Assembly: GCF_026210795.1 (NCBI RefSeq)
Contig: NC_089430.1
Coordinates: 5,890,001 to 5,954,000 of the forward strand
Direction of reading: 5' to 3'
Source: Rhizophagus irregularis
Lineage: Eukaryota
Length of the DNA stretch: 64,000 bases
Of the stretch, positions 27,118-41,923 are shown piece after piece. Position numbers and translations under genes: made by a program. Every line of letters begins with the position of its first letter. Within the stretch, counting starts at the first letter, position 1. A model generated the notes under the pieces. The model saw only the letters and a list, made by a program, of their open reading frames with translations. It ran no database searches and was not told the origin of the DNA.

Positions 27118-28393
27118 GTTTCAAGTGATGAAGACGGTAAATTTCTTAAATCATATAACACTGATTTTTTTATTTATTCTTTAATGTAATAGTTCTTTCT
27201 TGTTTTTAGACCGAAAATAATGGATCTATAGGATATAAAAAATCTAAAGACAAGAAAAGTCTAGAATTTCAACAAAATTCATATTTTAGTTTCTGTTAAT
27301 ATGCTACGGTATATCATAATTTTTTGACTCTATTACGTTTTATTTCATTTTATTTCTATTTTTTTTTTTTTTGCTTTCCAATGATCGGTTGGATCGTAAT
27401 ATTTTTTTTTTTTTATAATGAGATCAAAAAAGGTGCGAATGGATATCAAATATTTATAACGAGCTTTATTTTTAAATTTTATTTATTTTACTATTTATTT
27501 TACAATTTATTATAATATATATATATATATACTTATTAACATTTCTTATACATTAGCGAGATCATCATCTAATAAAGTATATTTTATTACATAATAAAAT
27601 TTATATTATATAATATTAAATAATACAAGTAATGTATTTATTGAGATGCAATCCATCCCTAATAATATTCATTAAATCAATGTAGTTTATTATTTTTATA
27701 TAAGCTAAAGTTCATAAAGGCACAGCATTATTATTTATTATACAGTAAATTATTTTATACCCTATGGAATTGTATCAATAGTAGTATTTAAGAGAATTTT
27801 AAAATGATTTCACCTAATAATTTATTGGTTTGTATAATCGTCTATTTCCGGTCACCTGCTAAAACTGAAACACGTTTGAATCGAATTCGTTACGTAAGTG
27901 ATGCCATGAAACAATATGTCTATAACTAATAAGTTTTTCTGTAACAATGACGAAATATAATTTCTTGAAGGTCGCTAAAACGGCAAAAATGCATGTGAAA
28001 AAAGAATATACTATCCAAGGTTAAAATTTCAAATGTACAAATGCACACTATAAAATGCATAAATTAAGTTGAGCCTATTGAATGTAACCTTGTGTACTAC
28101 GCATTTATCGGTGTGAGTACGATAATTAATTAGTATATGTATAATAATTGACATGAAGTAATCTACCGGTAATAGTAAGCACTTAATGTATTATGCCGAT
28201 ACAATGATGTTTGTAACACAAATTAGCTGTTGGTTCTTTCTTTGGTATAAATGTATATATCGCCGCATGTATTAACATAATATTCACTACATGAATATAA
28301 CTTGTACAACGTAAAATAATATTTATTTAAAAATAACAAATATAGTTAAAGTATTAATCTATTGTAATACAACCTGTTCATGAATTCAATTAT

Positions 28394-29707
28394 TCATGAT
28401 ATTGCATTTTTACCATTAGATAAATTATTTACTTCATTGGCCAATCGTGAAAAGGCACTTTTCGGAATACCAATAAAAGTCTTACCATGAGCTGTTATTA
28501 ATAAATCTATTATAGGTACATAAAAATTTGTTAAATCTACATCTTCATCATATTCACTTGGTATTTTACCAAAATTATCTAAATCTTTTGAAAGATCGAA
28601 TAAAGTAAATATACATGGTATATTTTCATAAAGTTTTGAAAATCTACTTCTAGGTTCAAAAGAATCTGTCGCTATATAAATTATTGGTATATTATTTTTT
28701 AAACATTCTTTTAAATTATAATTAAAGAGATTTTTTGAATTTCTTAATAAATTCGAATTTAAAAGATGTTTCATCAAATTTCTATATATTAAATCTATAT
28801 TATAATTTGCATTAATTCTGAATGTTTTATGTCTGATTTCAATATGTAAACCAATATAATTTCCTTTACCACCTAATTTTTCTATAATTTTTTCACTAAC
28901 ATTTAATATTTTTGGATTATTAATAATTAATTTGTTATGAATTAATCGTCGAAATTTTATATTATTTTGATTTTCCAAAATTATCTTATTAGGACCAAGT
29001 AAAGAAGAAAAATGTAATAATTTTTTATCGTTCTTTCGTATTGAATTATCATTATCTTTTAATTCGTATGATAAATCTTCAATGAATAAATATGTATCAT
29101 TTTCTCCAATATTAAAATTATATTTTAAATTATCCAATGAAAAATCAAAACCACGATTTATCATTTTAACATGTTTTTTCAATTCATTAAAATCAAATAA
29201 TTGTTCCCAATTTATCATGGTAAAATCATCAAGTTGTGAATATTCATTATCACAATAATCGAGAGAATTTTCTTCATTTTCATCATCGATATAACAATGT
29301 TCTTCACGATATTTTTTGATTTCAATAAATTTATTTAAATTATTATATAAAGAATGAAATGTAGAATTACGTGGAAAGTAATTAATTAATAAAGGTGGAA
29401 TAATTAATGTACGATTTGTTATATACGATAACATTATCGCATTTATGAGCGCTCCATGCTGATCATGAAAATCATTATGAGGTAAATATGTTAAGAATTT
29501 TTCTTCAAAAGAGAGTATAGGTTTAATCGTAGCATTCGTAGGTGCGGATTTAGTAATAGTAGTCTTAATATCATTATTAATAATTGGTGAAGTTGTAAAT
29601 TTGATTTCAGTTGTAAATGATAAAATAATTACTACTATTATAATAAATAATATAATTTTAAATAAAAATTTGGACTTTTCGCGTGAATTTATTTTTTCAT
29701 GAGACAT
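28394..29707 (-). CDS. O-fucosyltransferase-like type II membrane glycosyltransferase
   Basis: Intronless 437-aa ORF with an N-terminal TM anchor, KFLTYLPH..FH.Q, NRTLIIPP, YIGLH, IYIATD and FIG...SAFS motifs. Confidence 0.7.
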   Translation of the reverse strand: MSHEKINSREKSKFLFKIILFIIIVVIILSFTTEIKFTTSPIINNDIKTTITKSAPTNATIKPILSFEEKFLTYLPHNDFHDQHGALINAIMLSYITNRTLIIPPLLINYFPRNSTFHSLYNNLNKFIEIKKYREEHCYIDDENEENSLDYCDNEYSQLDDFTMINWEQLFDFNELKKHVKMINRGFDFSLDNLKYNFNIGENDTYLFIEDLSYELKDNDNSIRKNDKKLLHFSSLLGPNKIILENQNNIKFRRLIHNKLIINNPKILNVSEKIIEKLGGKGNYIGLHIEIRHKTFRINANYNIDLIYRNLMKHLLNSNLLRNSKNLFNYNLKECLKNNIPIIYIATDSFEPRSRFSKLYENIPCIFTLFDLSKDLDNFGKIPSEYDEDVDLTNFYVPIIDLLITAHGKTFIGIPKSAFSRLANEVNNLSNGKNAIS

Positions 29708-30432
29708 TTTTAAACGATACGAAACAGTTTCTTTAATTAAATGATTGTTGATTTGGTTGAAATGTAATTTTTTTTTAAAAAAAAAAAGAAAAAGAAAAAA
29801 GAAAATGGTGAAAAAGCAAAATCAGGTCATCGAATCTCTTTTAATAATTTTTGTGTCATGTCATTCATTATTAATTGGTAACGACATAGTGTAATGTTTG
29901 TTTTTGAATAGGAAAAGATATGCTGTACCTAGAACATTATGTAATTATTCCTAAATAGTAAATTAAATATTTTTTTATCAAACGAATGGGGATTAGATAG
30001 AAATGATGATTGTTCTGTTATACCAGGGCGGATAGGTATGACCTCTCCTATTTTACAAAAGAGAAGTAGCGGCTTTACATCAAGTCTAGTTAGCTTATTT
30101 TACTTTCATGTGTTAACACTTATAATTTACATCTAATATGGAAATTATTAATAAAATTTACCAAAAAAAAATTATGTATCTGATATGAGAGTGCTTCCTA
30201 ATTACATGATGTTTCGTATCCTCAAATATAATTTATTATGTAGCACATTTTAGGTAAAATTAAATAAATATCATATTATTGGATAGGAATGTTAAAGTAT
30301 CATCTGAATCGCTTCGCAGTTCGGTGACATTCTAACGTTCCCTATCCAGCTATCCAATAACTAATATTTATAACAAAAATATATATATATATATATAATA
30401 TGCATATATTGTAATCTATGTATAAATATATT

Positions 30433-32050
30433 TTAACTTAATAAAAATTTTACATTTTCATAATACATTAACATTGGATTTTCGCCACTTTTCGTTTGAG
30501 TTTTTGTTAAATCAGAATATCTTTTCAAAAATTCCTTTTGTTGTAATACTTTAATTTTTTCGGATTCTGCCCGACTAGAACGACAAACTAATTGATAAAT
30601 GTCTTTTAATAATTCAAAATTTGTAGGAAAGAAAATATCAAACCATCCAGGATGCACCATATAAGTTGAACAAGGAACCATTGTTTGTTGATATCTTGTT
30701 TGAACTACTGGAGCATCAATACCTTGAATAGAATCCGGTAATTTATAAAAATCTGAAATAACAAGACGATGTTTTGGAAAACAATCTTTTAAAATGTCAA
30801 GAAAAAGTAATAATTTTGTTGGTATAAATTCTGGTTGTGTAAGGTTGGGTGCTAAAGGAAGTTTATTTCGTAATGATCGTAATAACCGATTTTGAAGTGC
30901 TGGTGTTTTGTACATTGTCCTATTACGTAAAGATAAGTAACGTATAATAAGAGGATCATTGACAGGCTCATAGATCTCCTCATATTCTCCCTCATCATTT
31001 GCTACAACAATTCCTTGCACAGGTTTTTCACTTGAAAAATTATAACGAATCACATCGTGTGCAAAATTATCCTGTTAAATATTTATTAGTTAATTCATGC
31101 TTAAAAATAGAATATTTTTTTTCTTAAAAAAAAAAAAAAAAAATACTTACAAAAACTTCACAAGCCAAAAAAAAACAAGGATCTTTTATAGTTTCATTCC
31201 AATCAAATATGCTCTTGTTAATGATCTCTACACAATTATGAACATTGACAACTTGTTGAAAATTCTGAATTGACCTTTGTCTTTCAGCTAACATTGAACT
31301 AATTTCAACAACTCGATATCTTGTTTTTTTATAAATTGCAGGTTCAAATTTTTGAATATAATCCAAAATATTTAACATTAGAGTCCCATTTCCGGCTCCA
31401 AGTTCATAAATTATCAAATCATGTTGAGGATTACCTCCTAATTTATATTCATTAACAATATATTTTGCAAATGCATATCCATACCATGGCTTATATTAAA
31501 ATTGATCAAGAAAATAATTAAATATCATCAATAATAATTATCAGCTTAAAAAATCATATATAATGTAATTACTTACTTTAAATAATTCAGTTGAGGTATG
31601 CCATAATTGTTTTGTTACTTTTTTATCTTTGTCATCTAAACTAATCTCAAATTCTTTATATTTACTTGCTACTATATTCATAAATTCCAAATTATCTTTA
31701 ATATTACTAAAATCAAAATGATTTTGTGGTGAAAATATTATTGCTTGTTTTGAAAAATATCCATAATTTGGATTATATAAAGAATCATCAATAAAATCTC
31801 GTACAAGCATTTGAGCTCCTTTTGGTGGTGTAGTTCTCAAAGCTGTTTGTCGTGCTGTTAATCTAGGATAATTATAATATTGATTATTTAAAGGAATATC
31901 ATTTAAAAGACCATTTAATGAATCTGGTGATGTTGTTGAAGTTAATTTACGTGATTGAGATAATAATGATAATTTTGAAGAATATGATTCTGTTAAAGAT
32001 TTTTTTAACAAATTAGAAAATCTTCGTAAAAGTATTGTTGAGCGATTCAT
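30433..32050 (-). CDS. Mitochondrial NDUFAF7/MidA-family SAM-dependent arginine methyltransferase (3 exons)
   Basis: Presequence-like N-terminus, RDFIDDSLYNPNYGYFS, LWHTSTELF, IYELGAGNGTL, DIFFPTNF, TKSGENPM. Confidence 0.88.
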
Positions 32051-34024
32051 TCTTAATTATAAAGAAAATTGGAATTGAATTGTGTAATGTAATATGCAAT
32101 TTCGCAGACCTGTAAATTATCTAAAAGTTTTTTTTTAAAAACCAAAAAAAAAAATAAAGTGGGAAATAACAAAAAAAAAAAATTATCACGAGATATTTAC
32201 GTAATTGATTAACTGATTTAGTTTGATCACCATTATCCATAATTCATATATACCCGAAAATCTCCGCTGATTTGCAGTAAGAATCATTTTAATAACGCCA
32301 AAAAAAATTTTATACAGTAAATATTTTTATAGTCAATGTGTTTTGTTGATAATCATGGAAAGGATATTCAGTTCTTTTATTAAATGAGAGTTTGACTTCA
32401 CAAGACTATAATAAAATTAACGAACGATTTTTGGTGAAGGAATAATAGATCAAATCCGGTAACCACACTTTTACATATTTAGCATGAATTTCCTTTTGTT
32501 TAACATTAATTTTTTGACGTAAAATGATAATCCTTTAACGTTGTTCACTACCAAAATAACTGTTATGATAAATTATGAATAAAAATAAATGAATTTCGAT
32601 CAGCCAAAAATACGAAAGTATGATATTGTGGTAAATTTTGTGGCTTAAACAAAATGATCAACTTTTAAGTTTCGGAATTAAAGATCGCAGATGAATCAAA
32701 TGTTGAAAATGAGATAAAGATATTGTCACCGAACGCTAGCTAATAAGAGATGGTTTCTGCTTTCTTAGATCTTCCAAAAGGAAGGAATAAAGCACTTCAA
32801 TGACACGCTTTTGGCCAAATAATGCTATCGCCATATTTGTGGTACAGAATTCAGCTTTGAATATCGCATATACCACGAACTGATGTAATTGACCCTATCG
32901 TACATGACAAGCACTTATTTGAACAAATTATTTTTTGTTCTGAATTATGATATGATAGATTTCAATCAAATACAGCCAAGGCTGCCAAGCACCTGAAAAT
33001 GTGATGGAGAAAATCAGGTAAAAGTGAGAACTTTGTAAGAGGTGAGATAAAAAATGACGGGATACTGACAGGATGGTGATTTTACGAATTATCAGCCCTG
33101 ACTAATCTAACACTTTTTTTGACTGGCGGGTCTCTAATATAATATGTGGAATTTGCTATTTTAAAGTTATTAATAATCGACAAGTCGATACAATCATTGA
33201 CCTTTCTTGTTGGTCTTATTCGAAGGAATTCTTTCGTGCCTTACGTATTTTTATTATTATGCTTTTGATACGGCGGCTTTTAATATACACAATTTCAACA
33301 TCACCACATAATCTTGCTATTAGGAAATTATCTTATCCTAATCCCTTTTTCTTTAATCCACTTAGTCCCCTTACTCTAACCCTAACTCTAATCCCCTTAC
33401 CGACACTTCATACCAAAATAGCCTTTATTGGTATCACATATATTGATAACAATCAGCTGTTGCCGAGTGTTTCTCTATTGTATCCTTAATATAATATCTT
33501 GATATAATTGTATATTCATGGATCAGGGGAAACCTGTATATCGTAATTTTCCTACTGAGATAAATCTGTTAATCAAAAATCGTAGCCATTGCTTGGAGGG
33601 TGAAAAGATTGACCTATAATACATTAGTTAATGTAATTTGCCAATGGAATATGTGGTTAATGCGACTACTTTGACCTAAATTCGGGCTTGGGTGTCTAGC
33701 AGAATAATGAATATTAGAAGAATTATTGTAAATTCCTAGACAACAAAACTTTGATATACAAATAAAAACTATTTTTAAAAGTGATTTTTTATATTAGTTA
33801 TGGCCCATGCAATTTAACTTTTATTATAGCACCACAAGATGCTATGCAGCTATAGCCAAAAAGTGACAACAGGTTTTATAAAAAAAATTATGTTAAAAGA
33901 AAATAAAGTAATTATTATTGAAAGATCAAAAAATAAAAGTATAAATAATAAAATTTGATTTTTATAATTTGTTAAATTTATTATATTATATTATTTAATT
34001 TGTGTTTTTTGTTTAAGAAAATTT

Positions 34025-35218
34025 TTAGTCCCAAGCCCAGGAAGTTAAACCTAAGCCAACTTCAGCTATTGATCCGACAATTTCATAAGGTGCTTGTTTA
34101 AGTTTATAAGTAGAAGAAGTAGTAGCAGCTCCTAATAATTTACTTTCTTGCTGAACAGAAGTGGCATTTGCACCTCCAATTACGTTAGATCCAGTAGTAG
34201 TATCAGCATTAACAATATTTGGTGGTTGTATATTAGTAACACTTTTATTATTACCAACGATCATAACGTCAGATGGTAATGAAGAAGAACCAGGTTGAGG
34301 AACTTTTTGTCCAGCTACAGCTCCAGTACGTTTTGGTGGTGGACCCTTTGTACCAATATCTGTAAAATTTTCTTCTATAACTCTAAATTTTATTGATTGA
34401 TCTTTATCCATATACATATATAAATATTTATCTTCTGCTGATTTCCATAAGTTTTCTGGTAATGGATTATCCCATAATCTTACCCATACTTGTGATCCAA
34501 AATCACTAAATTATCGTTAGAAAATTGATTAGGCGCATTACAAAAAAAAAAAAAAAAAAAAATTATATATATTCATATCTTACAATCTCCAACCATCATC
34601 ATTGTTTGTGGGAATTAAGATATCATCAAAATACCCCAAAGTCACTGCAAAAAAATTTTATATAAAGCAAAGAAAAGTGTAAATCGAATAATAAACCATT
34701 TATACATAAGTATAATAACTCCCAAGGACATTTCAATTTAAAAAATTTAAGAGCAAATTAAGAGACACACGTACCTTTAACACCTTCAGGTGTATTACTT
34801 GATACTTTTCCTTCCAGTATTTCACCAATGAAAGGTCGGAATACAACTAACTGAAATTTGACTAATGTAATTTAAATAAGTTAAAAAATTAATTGACATA
34901 AATCAATAACTTAAGACATGTGTGTTGATACGAATACCTTTAGCATAACTAGCACCATTCCCATAGTGCACTATTTCCTCACTTGCAGAAAGTATATCGA
35001 ACAAACATATACATAATCCAACTTCTTGAATAACCTGTAGTATAATAAGATACTTCAAGAAAAACCTTCTTCTGTAATCAATGAATATCATTTGAATTAT
35101 TACCTACTTTATTTGCATAAATTCGATTGATTTCATCGGCTAATGCATCATATTTAGATTTATAAAAATCGTAAGGTTGTATGTGAATTGTGTCTTTCAA
35201 AACCGATAAAATAAACAT
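34025..35218 (-). CDS. RPC25: RNA polymerase III subunit C25 (RPC8), multi-exon
   Basis: MFILSVLKDTIHIQP start at 35218, VIQEVGLCICLFDI, VFRPFIGEILEG, and C-terminal GLGLTSW. Confidence 0.9.
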
Positions 35219-35894
35219 GATAAGTTATTGATTAGGAATTTGTTATATCCTCGCCCCTGGTACGCTTCCAAATGTGAAACTATAACTATTAACAATAAGT
35301 ACATTGTGTTAAAATCAGATCACAGCTCATAGAAATGTTGAAACTTTTGAAATTTACCTGTCTCAGCTTGAATTAACAAGATCTAAAAAATTTAGTATAT
35401 TTATAGGAGAATCGACTGTCGTACAGATTTGGTCTAGTACTATTATCACGTGACATCCATTCCGACAGACATAAAACATTTTACATGAAAAACAATGCAA
35501 GTATATCTTCGTTATGATAATGCACTTTATTATCATTGATTCAAGAAGAGAAATCAAAAAGGTCAAAAAGAATACATAAACTACCAATAAACTGAATTTT
35601 TGAACCAAAAATATATATGCTAAAAAAAAAAAGATACTAGTAAGCTATATTATGCTTAATACATCATTACATTAAGTAATACATATTATATATATGATTG
35701 TTCGAAAAAAATTTTTTTTTGGTTTTAATAAAATGCAATTTTGTTTGAATGAATGAAAAAATATTGTAGAAAATGAAATTATGATGTAAGTGAAAATATC
35801 AATTAAGAAATTACTAAGAAATAATTGTTTTTGTTCAAAAATTGAAAAATAAATCCAAACGTTAATTAGAAAAGATAATTAAGAAACCAAGATA

Positions 35895-38800
35895 TTAAAC
35901 AAAATCATCAGCATCTAGGTCCATTACAACCAATTTAGTAGCTTCAAAACCTTTTAATCCATAACATTTATCATAAATTTCTTTATCAATAGAAAAATTA
36001 TATCCTCTTGATAAAGTCTGAAATGTTAATACCCTTTTAACTATTGTAGCTGTTGTACGATGTTTATGAAAATTAATAAGTGGTTGGTGGTGTAAAGGAG
36101 TCGTTGCGTCGGCTGAGCTAGATGGTAAAGGTGATGATGGAGTTGAGGGTTGCGATGACGTCGGATCAATAAATGATGGTACTGCTGCATTGAAAACTAA
36201 ATCCGAAAGGTATAACCCTAACAAAATTTCTTTTAATTTAATAATAATGCAAAAAAAAAACGGCTAAAGGACAACTCAAGATACAAACCTAAAAATGGGA
36301 TACAACCGGTATTGCGAACATCAGAAATACGACTTTTACGTTGTTTCATTAATTCTTTTAATATTGTAGAATCTTCAATGGATTTTCTCATGGCCTCTCT
36401 TATTACTTTCCAATTACCAAAAGCAGAAATATATTCACTTAATTCTTTAAATGCACGTAAATCTTCATTTCTAACCCTTGTCCATGTTCTTCTTAATCTT
36501 TCTACCGGTGGTGATTGTAGTCCAAGAAGAATTTGTGTTAATGTTGCAAAATTTGAAAATTGAAGACATTTCTAAAAAAAAAGTTTGATAAGTGATGGAA
36601 ATGGATAATCGATCAAAAAGTACTAAAGAATATGTGTTCTCTCTGTATTTACCTGTGCAATTCGTATAAACTTTTCGATTACTTGCACTCGATCATCCAA
36701 AGATCTGGTAAGTACTATCTCAGTAGCAACCCAATCACATGCCTTGCGAAAAAAAGAATATTATTACTATCATAGTTATTGTTGGAAGGAATTTAAATTT
36801 GAAAATACTGACCAAATTGAACCTTTCGATTACTTTATCAACACCATTTTCCCGAACTCTTTTTCTTGGTTTCTCTTTTTCTTCTTCAAGTTCTTTCTCT
36901 TTTCCTTTTCCTTTAACATCTTTCTTTTTCTCTTTTTTTTCTTCATTATCAGTCTTTTGAACATTTTCTTCGTTAGTAGTATAACCAACTTGAACCAAAT
37001 CTTCCCAATTAACTTTCAATAAAAAATCACGTTCGATCAAACAAAATTGTTTGGCAATATCTTCTGATCGATAATTTAATATAAAAGATCTATATTGAGA
37101 TTGAGAATTTACTGTTGTAGAAATTGACGGTGGTCTTTTCGGTTGATTATCTTGAATGGGAATTGGTGGTAAAGGTTTATTTAAAGAACTTTTCTGGACG
37201 GTAGTAGGAATATTCTTGATTGGAACTTTACTGCTACCACGAGGTTCAGCAGCAGAAGTAGTGGTAGTGGTAGTGGTAGTGGTAGTAGTGGTATGTTGAA
37301 CTGGAATGTCCGGAAGTTTTTTAGAGGGAGGTTCCGTGATTACAATACGTTTTACTGAAGATTCTGAACTTTTTTTAGGTGAACCGGGGGTTATGCTACT
37401 ATTGTTGGCAACTTGTTCTGAAGATGGAGGTTTCATAATTGATTTTACAGGTTCTCGTTCAACTTCTTTTGATGTTTCTTTCTCTCTTTGAATTTCAGTC
37501 CCAATATCTGAAGATGATTTGACGGATTCTTTATTTTTTAATTTTGATGATGAAGATGATGTTAATGTACGTGATAATATGGCTTCTGTACCAGCAGCTG
37601 TACCTGTATCTTCAATACCTAAGGTACCAAGTGATGAAAAAGTACTCCAAGAAACCCGCTTACCGGATTTTTCTTCAAGATCTTTAATTGTGACAGCAGA
37701 CCGTAAGTCAAATACTTTGGGAAATCGACGAAGTCTATGCGAGGAAGAGTTATTTTCATCATCATCCTCTTCCTCCTCCTCCTCAATATCAAGGCCTTGT
37801 TCAAAAACCTCTCCTTTATTTTCGGAAGGTTCTAGTGGTGTTACAAATATGTTCGGTTCATCATCTTTAACTTCATAAAACTTAGCATGTCTTCGACGTT
37901 TACGCATAGATTGAGGGTCTTCGGTTTGTTTGTTCTCAGATGATAATTCTTCGGCCATTTTTTCTTCCTCTTTTTTTGATTCCAAAGTGTCATGCAGAGA
38001 TATTGAAGATTTATCAAAATTATCATCGTCTTCAACTTCTAACACCGGACCTAACTCCCATACTTTGGTCTTACGACGAATAGTTCTAGTACTTTGACTG
38101 TTTTCTTCCAAATCTTCATTTTTATCTTCTTTTTCCTGTTCATGATTTGGAGGTATATGTGGTTCTGTTGAAGTTGAAGCCAATCCCTCATCATCTGAGC
38201 CCTCTTCCTCCTCTTCCTCCTCTTCCAATTCTTCCAATTCTTCTTGTAACTCACCTTCCTCCTCTTCATCCCAATTAAATCGTTCTTCCGTACCGGCAAA
38301 ATCCTCTTGACGCATTGCATCATAATATTCTTCCTCAAGCGATTCATCAACATAAGAAAATCCATCCAAGTAAATAGGTAAATCATCCTCGTTCAAATTT
38401 TCAGCTGGTACAGAAATTTCCGAATCGCCTTCTTCTGGGGTAACAATTTCAGAATTAGCGCAAAGCATTTTAATTCCACCTGATTTTCCAGTACCAGGTG
38501 TAAACAAAACCTTGGCGAATTTACCCACGGTTGCGGACATTTTTTGAGGCCATGAAGGCCGACGTGGTTTACGCTTTGATGCTTCTCCTTTCTCTTTTTG
38601 ATCAGATTGAATTGAAGGTGATCCAATATATGCAGGGGAAGAATTTCTTCTAACAATTCCTCCAGCATGATCAATTTGAGACAAATCAAATTCATCATCT
38701 TCGTCCTCATCATCGTCATTTTCTGCAAATCCACAAATTGCTTCGGATAATGATAAACTTCGTTTCTTACGTGTACGATCTTGAAATTTTTCGTTCATTG

Positions 38801-41800
38801 CTTCTTGAGTTTTAGGCTTCCTCATTGGGAAATTTAAAAATCCACCCTTAAAGAACGAAGGTGATGGTGGAACAACTAATGTTGGTTGGGTGTAGGTGAT
38901 AGTGTGCCTCCTATGCCGTCTTGGTGGAAGGGGTGGTGGTTCTTCTTCTTCTATTATTATATCATTATCATCTTTTAAATTATTTTTTAAATTATCTTTT
39001 GAGTTATGTTTCAAAGGTTTAAATTCTGCTTGTAATTTTCTACGTTGAGATAAATCACTCATGGAACTACTTCTTAATTTCAATTTTTTTTCTTTCACTT
39101 GTTTTGGTTTAGGAACTTTATCATTGCCTTTACCATCTACACCTAGTTCCCAATCACCAACCATCTTATTTGTTAATGTTGGTAAAGACTTTGCCAATTT
39201 TTCATTATAAAAACTTGAAATTTGATTTTCATCTGTGGAAAATTCATCACTATATTGTGAATTACTACTTGCAGCCTCAAAACTTTGACGAAATTCTGTC
39301 GGCTGTGAAATTCCTGAACGAGAAGATCGATGACGTCCAAATTCTTCACTTTCAGAATCTGTTGTTCCCGGAGTTAATATTGAACTTATAGTAGATGTTG
39401 AATCATGTTTTCTAGTCTTTTTTAACTTTTCTTTAGATGATGGAAAAGAGATACCAGCACCAACTCCGCTATGTTCAACTAATATTACGTCATCCTCCAA
39501 ATATTGTTCAGAATTTTGTTGTTGTGTAATATCTCCTGTCTTTTTTTCTGTGCCATTACCACTAACAACACCATTTCTATTCTTTGGAATACCCGCAACA
39601 CCCTTACGATAATAAATTTTTTTTAATCTTTTAATTACTTTTTTTAATGCTTGCACTATTTTTTGGTCTCGGGGTGCCGAAGGATGTAAAGTATTCAGAT
39701 AAGTTATAAGTTTAGACCTTAAATTACGACATGGAACGAAATCATACGCAAAATAATTGAGAAGCCAATGTCGTAGAGCTACAAATGTCCTAAATATAAA
39801 ATAAAATTTAAAAAATTTCCGATAAAAATGAATTAAAAAAAAAAAAAGTTACAAACATACCTGACTCTTACTACCCTTCTTTTTTCATCATCAAATTCTA
39901 ATGCCCAATTAAATCTCAAGATTAATAGATTACATAAATGTAATGGCGTTATAAATGCTCGATATGTAAGAAAAAAATCCGTTAAGAAAGTATAATCTAG
40001 TAAGAGTAAAATTTAACTTTAAAAAATTAATAAGCAAATCAAATAATATTTTCATGTAACTATAAGAGCATATTTTTAAAAAATTACCAATTCCACTTGT
40101 TAATTTCTCAATTAATTTTTCAATCGTTGCAGCCATTATCACTTTTTCTGTCATAACAATAGAATGTCTGTTTTTTGACGGTTTACTTTCGAACCTATCT
40201 CTTAACCCTGCACCACATATCGTTTTACCCGCTTTCTCCAATTTTTCATGTATACTCCATCTTTTTGAAGAAGAGACATAAGAAGAAATAATTGATCCTT
40301 GCCTTCTCTCTTCAGCCCTTGATATTGACCAAACTATAAGTCTTGGGTCATCATCTGATTGAATTTGATCAAATATTTCAGTACCATAAGTTGAAATGAG
40401 TGAAGGTACCTCAGGCGCTCGTGATGGATTTATCACTTGGTGCATTGCCGCAGTCACCGAGAAGCGACCTTGAGGAATATAGGAGGGGATTTGTCCATGT
40501 GAAAGTTGTTGAATGTCGCCTGCTTGATTAAATGATGTTGTATCAAATATTATCTCGCCATCATCTACTAAATTGTCCTTTGAATTTAAACCAACTAAAT
40601 TATTTTGTGATTGTTGAATTCTATCATGATCATGATTTTGTGTTGGCCAATTTAATATTCTAGCAAATTCCTGATCAGAATTTGGTATAATAATAGAATT
40701 ATATCTCCTCATTGTTGGTATGATAATTTGTGAATTTGGTCGGGGTAAATTTTGTACATCAAATTCTGTAGTTGGCCTGTATGGGACAGGTGCAGATCTG
40801 CGAGATTCACGTGGCCGGTTGGATTTCATGGTATCTCTAATTATATTATATATAAAGAAGTTCAAAAAAAAAAGAAACGGGAAAAAAAATAACGAAAATA
40901 CGCAAACGCGAAAAATTTTAGGATCACGTGATATGATATAATTATTGTATATTACGTGTTTAAACCAATTCACTTTTTTTTTTTTGTTTTAATTTCGCGA
41001 GATAAAATAATTATCCTACATAAGAAACCCCCTCGAATTTTTTAAAAATGGATATTTAACTATACTATATTGGATGTATATACATAAAAAGAAAAAGAAA
41101 AAAAAAAATAATATATTTTTAATTGAAGAATTCTTCTATTATTATTTATTCAACGAATTAAGTAAATTTTATTAAATGAATCGAAATTCATTCTTTACAA
41201 TAATAGAATCCTTTTTTAGTTTTTTAATTAAAAAAATTCGAAATATAAAACTGACCAGCATGCCCCTTTCAAGTAAAAAAATATTTGCTGTAACGATTTC
41301 GAAAACTGAAGAATCTTCTTTGTTCTAACATTCTTACCAATACTTGAGTAACGAATATTGAAATAATTCCACTCAATTTGTTGTATGGGCAGATATTTTT
41401 TCTCATTGAATACTACATAAATCACACTTTCACACAAAAATCCCGACCCAATTTTTTCTAAGAGATATTAAACATTACCTCATAGAAACATTATCATCCA
41501 AGTTAATAAAGGCTTCACTATTACTCAACTGGTGACGTGACTTTGATTTCTGGTGAGCTGCGACATTACTTCCAATAATAGACGTTGATATTACATTGTC
41601 CGAAGCGAATTTTGACGCGGCGGGTATATTTAAGTTACTAGATATTATAGGTGATTCAGAAACCTGTTGAGTCGTGTTTTGGTCACTTATTATGTTTGGA
41701 GGAGATTCTTCTTGAGGTTGTGAATTACTTTTAGTTTCCTCTTCAATATTTTCGTGTTGAGTATCTTTATTATTATCATTATTTAAGGTTAAGGTTATAC

Positions 41801-41861
41801 CACTATTTTCAATATTCTCGGTGGTTTCTTTAATATTAGTTGACTCAGTTTTATTGTCCAT
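35895..41861 (-). CDS. Large RasGEF (REM + CDC25 domains), LTE1-like
   Basis: REM motif AATIEKLIEKLT / DFFLTYR, long acidic low-complexity middle, CDC25 motifs SEDIAKQFCLIE, NFATLTQILLGL, GCIPFLGLYLSDL, LINFHKHR. Confidence 0.85.
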
Positions 41862-41892
41862 AATAATAAATTTTTTATATAATTTTTTCCTG

Positions 41893-41923
<31 letters not shown>

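Noticed and set aside
33030..33560. Possible second solo LTR or telomere-like CCCTAA tract (ctaaccctaactctaatcccc)
   Set aside because: Composition resembles the 21.2-kb LTR, but I found no matching TG...CA ends with a TSD, and there is only one exact CCCTAA unit.
37258..37293. (GTAGTG)n hexamer repeat
   Set aside because: Ordinary coding microsatellite (poly-Thr in the RasGEF).
36312..39391. Numerous overlapping and antisense ORFs within the RasGEF
   Set aside because: Shadow ORFs expected from low-complexity Glu/Asp/Ser/Lys-rich coding sequence.
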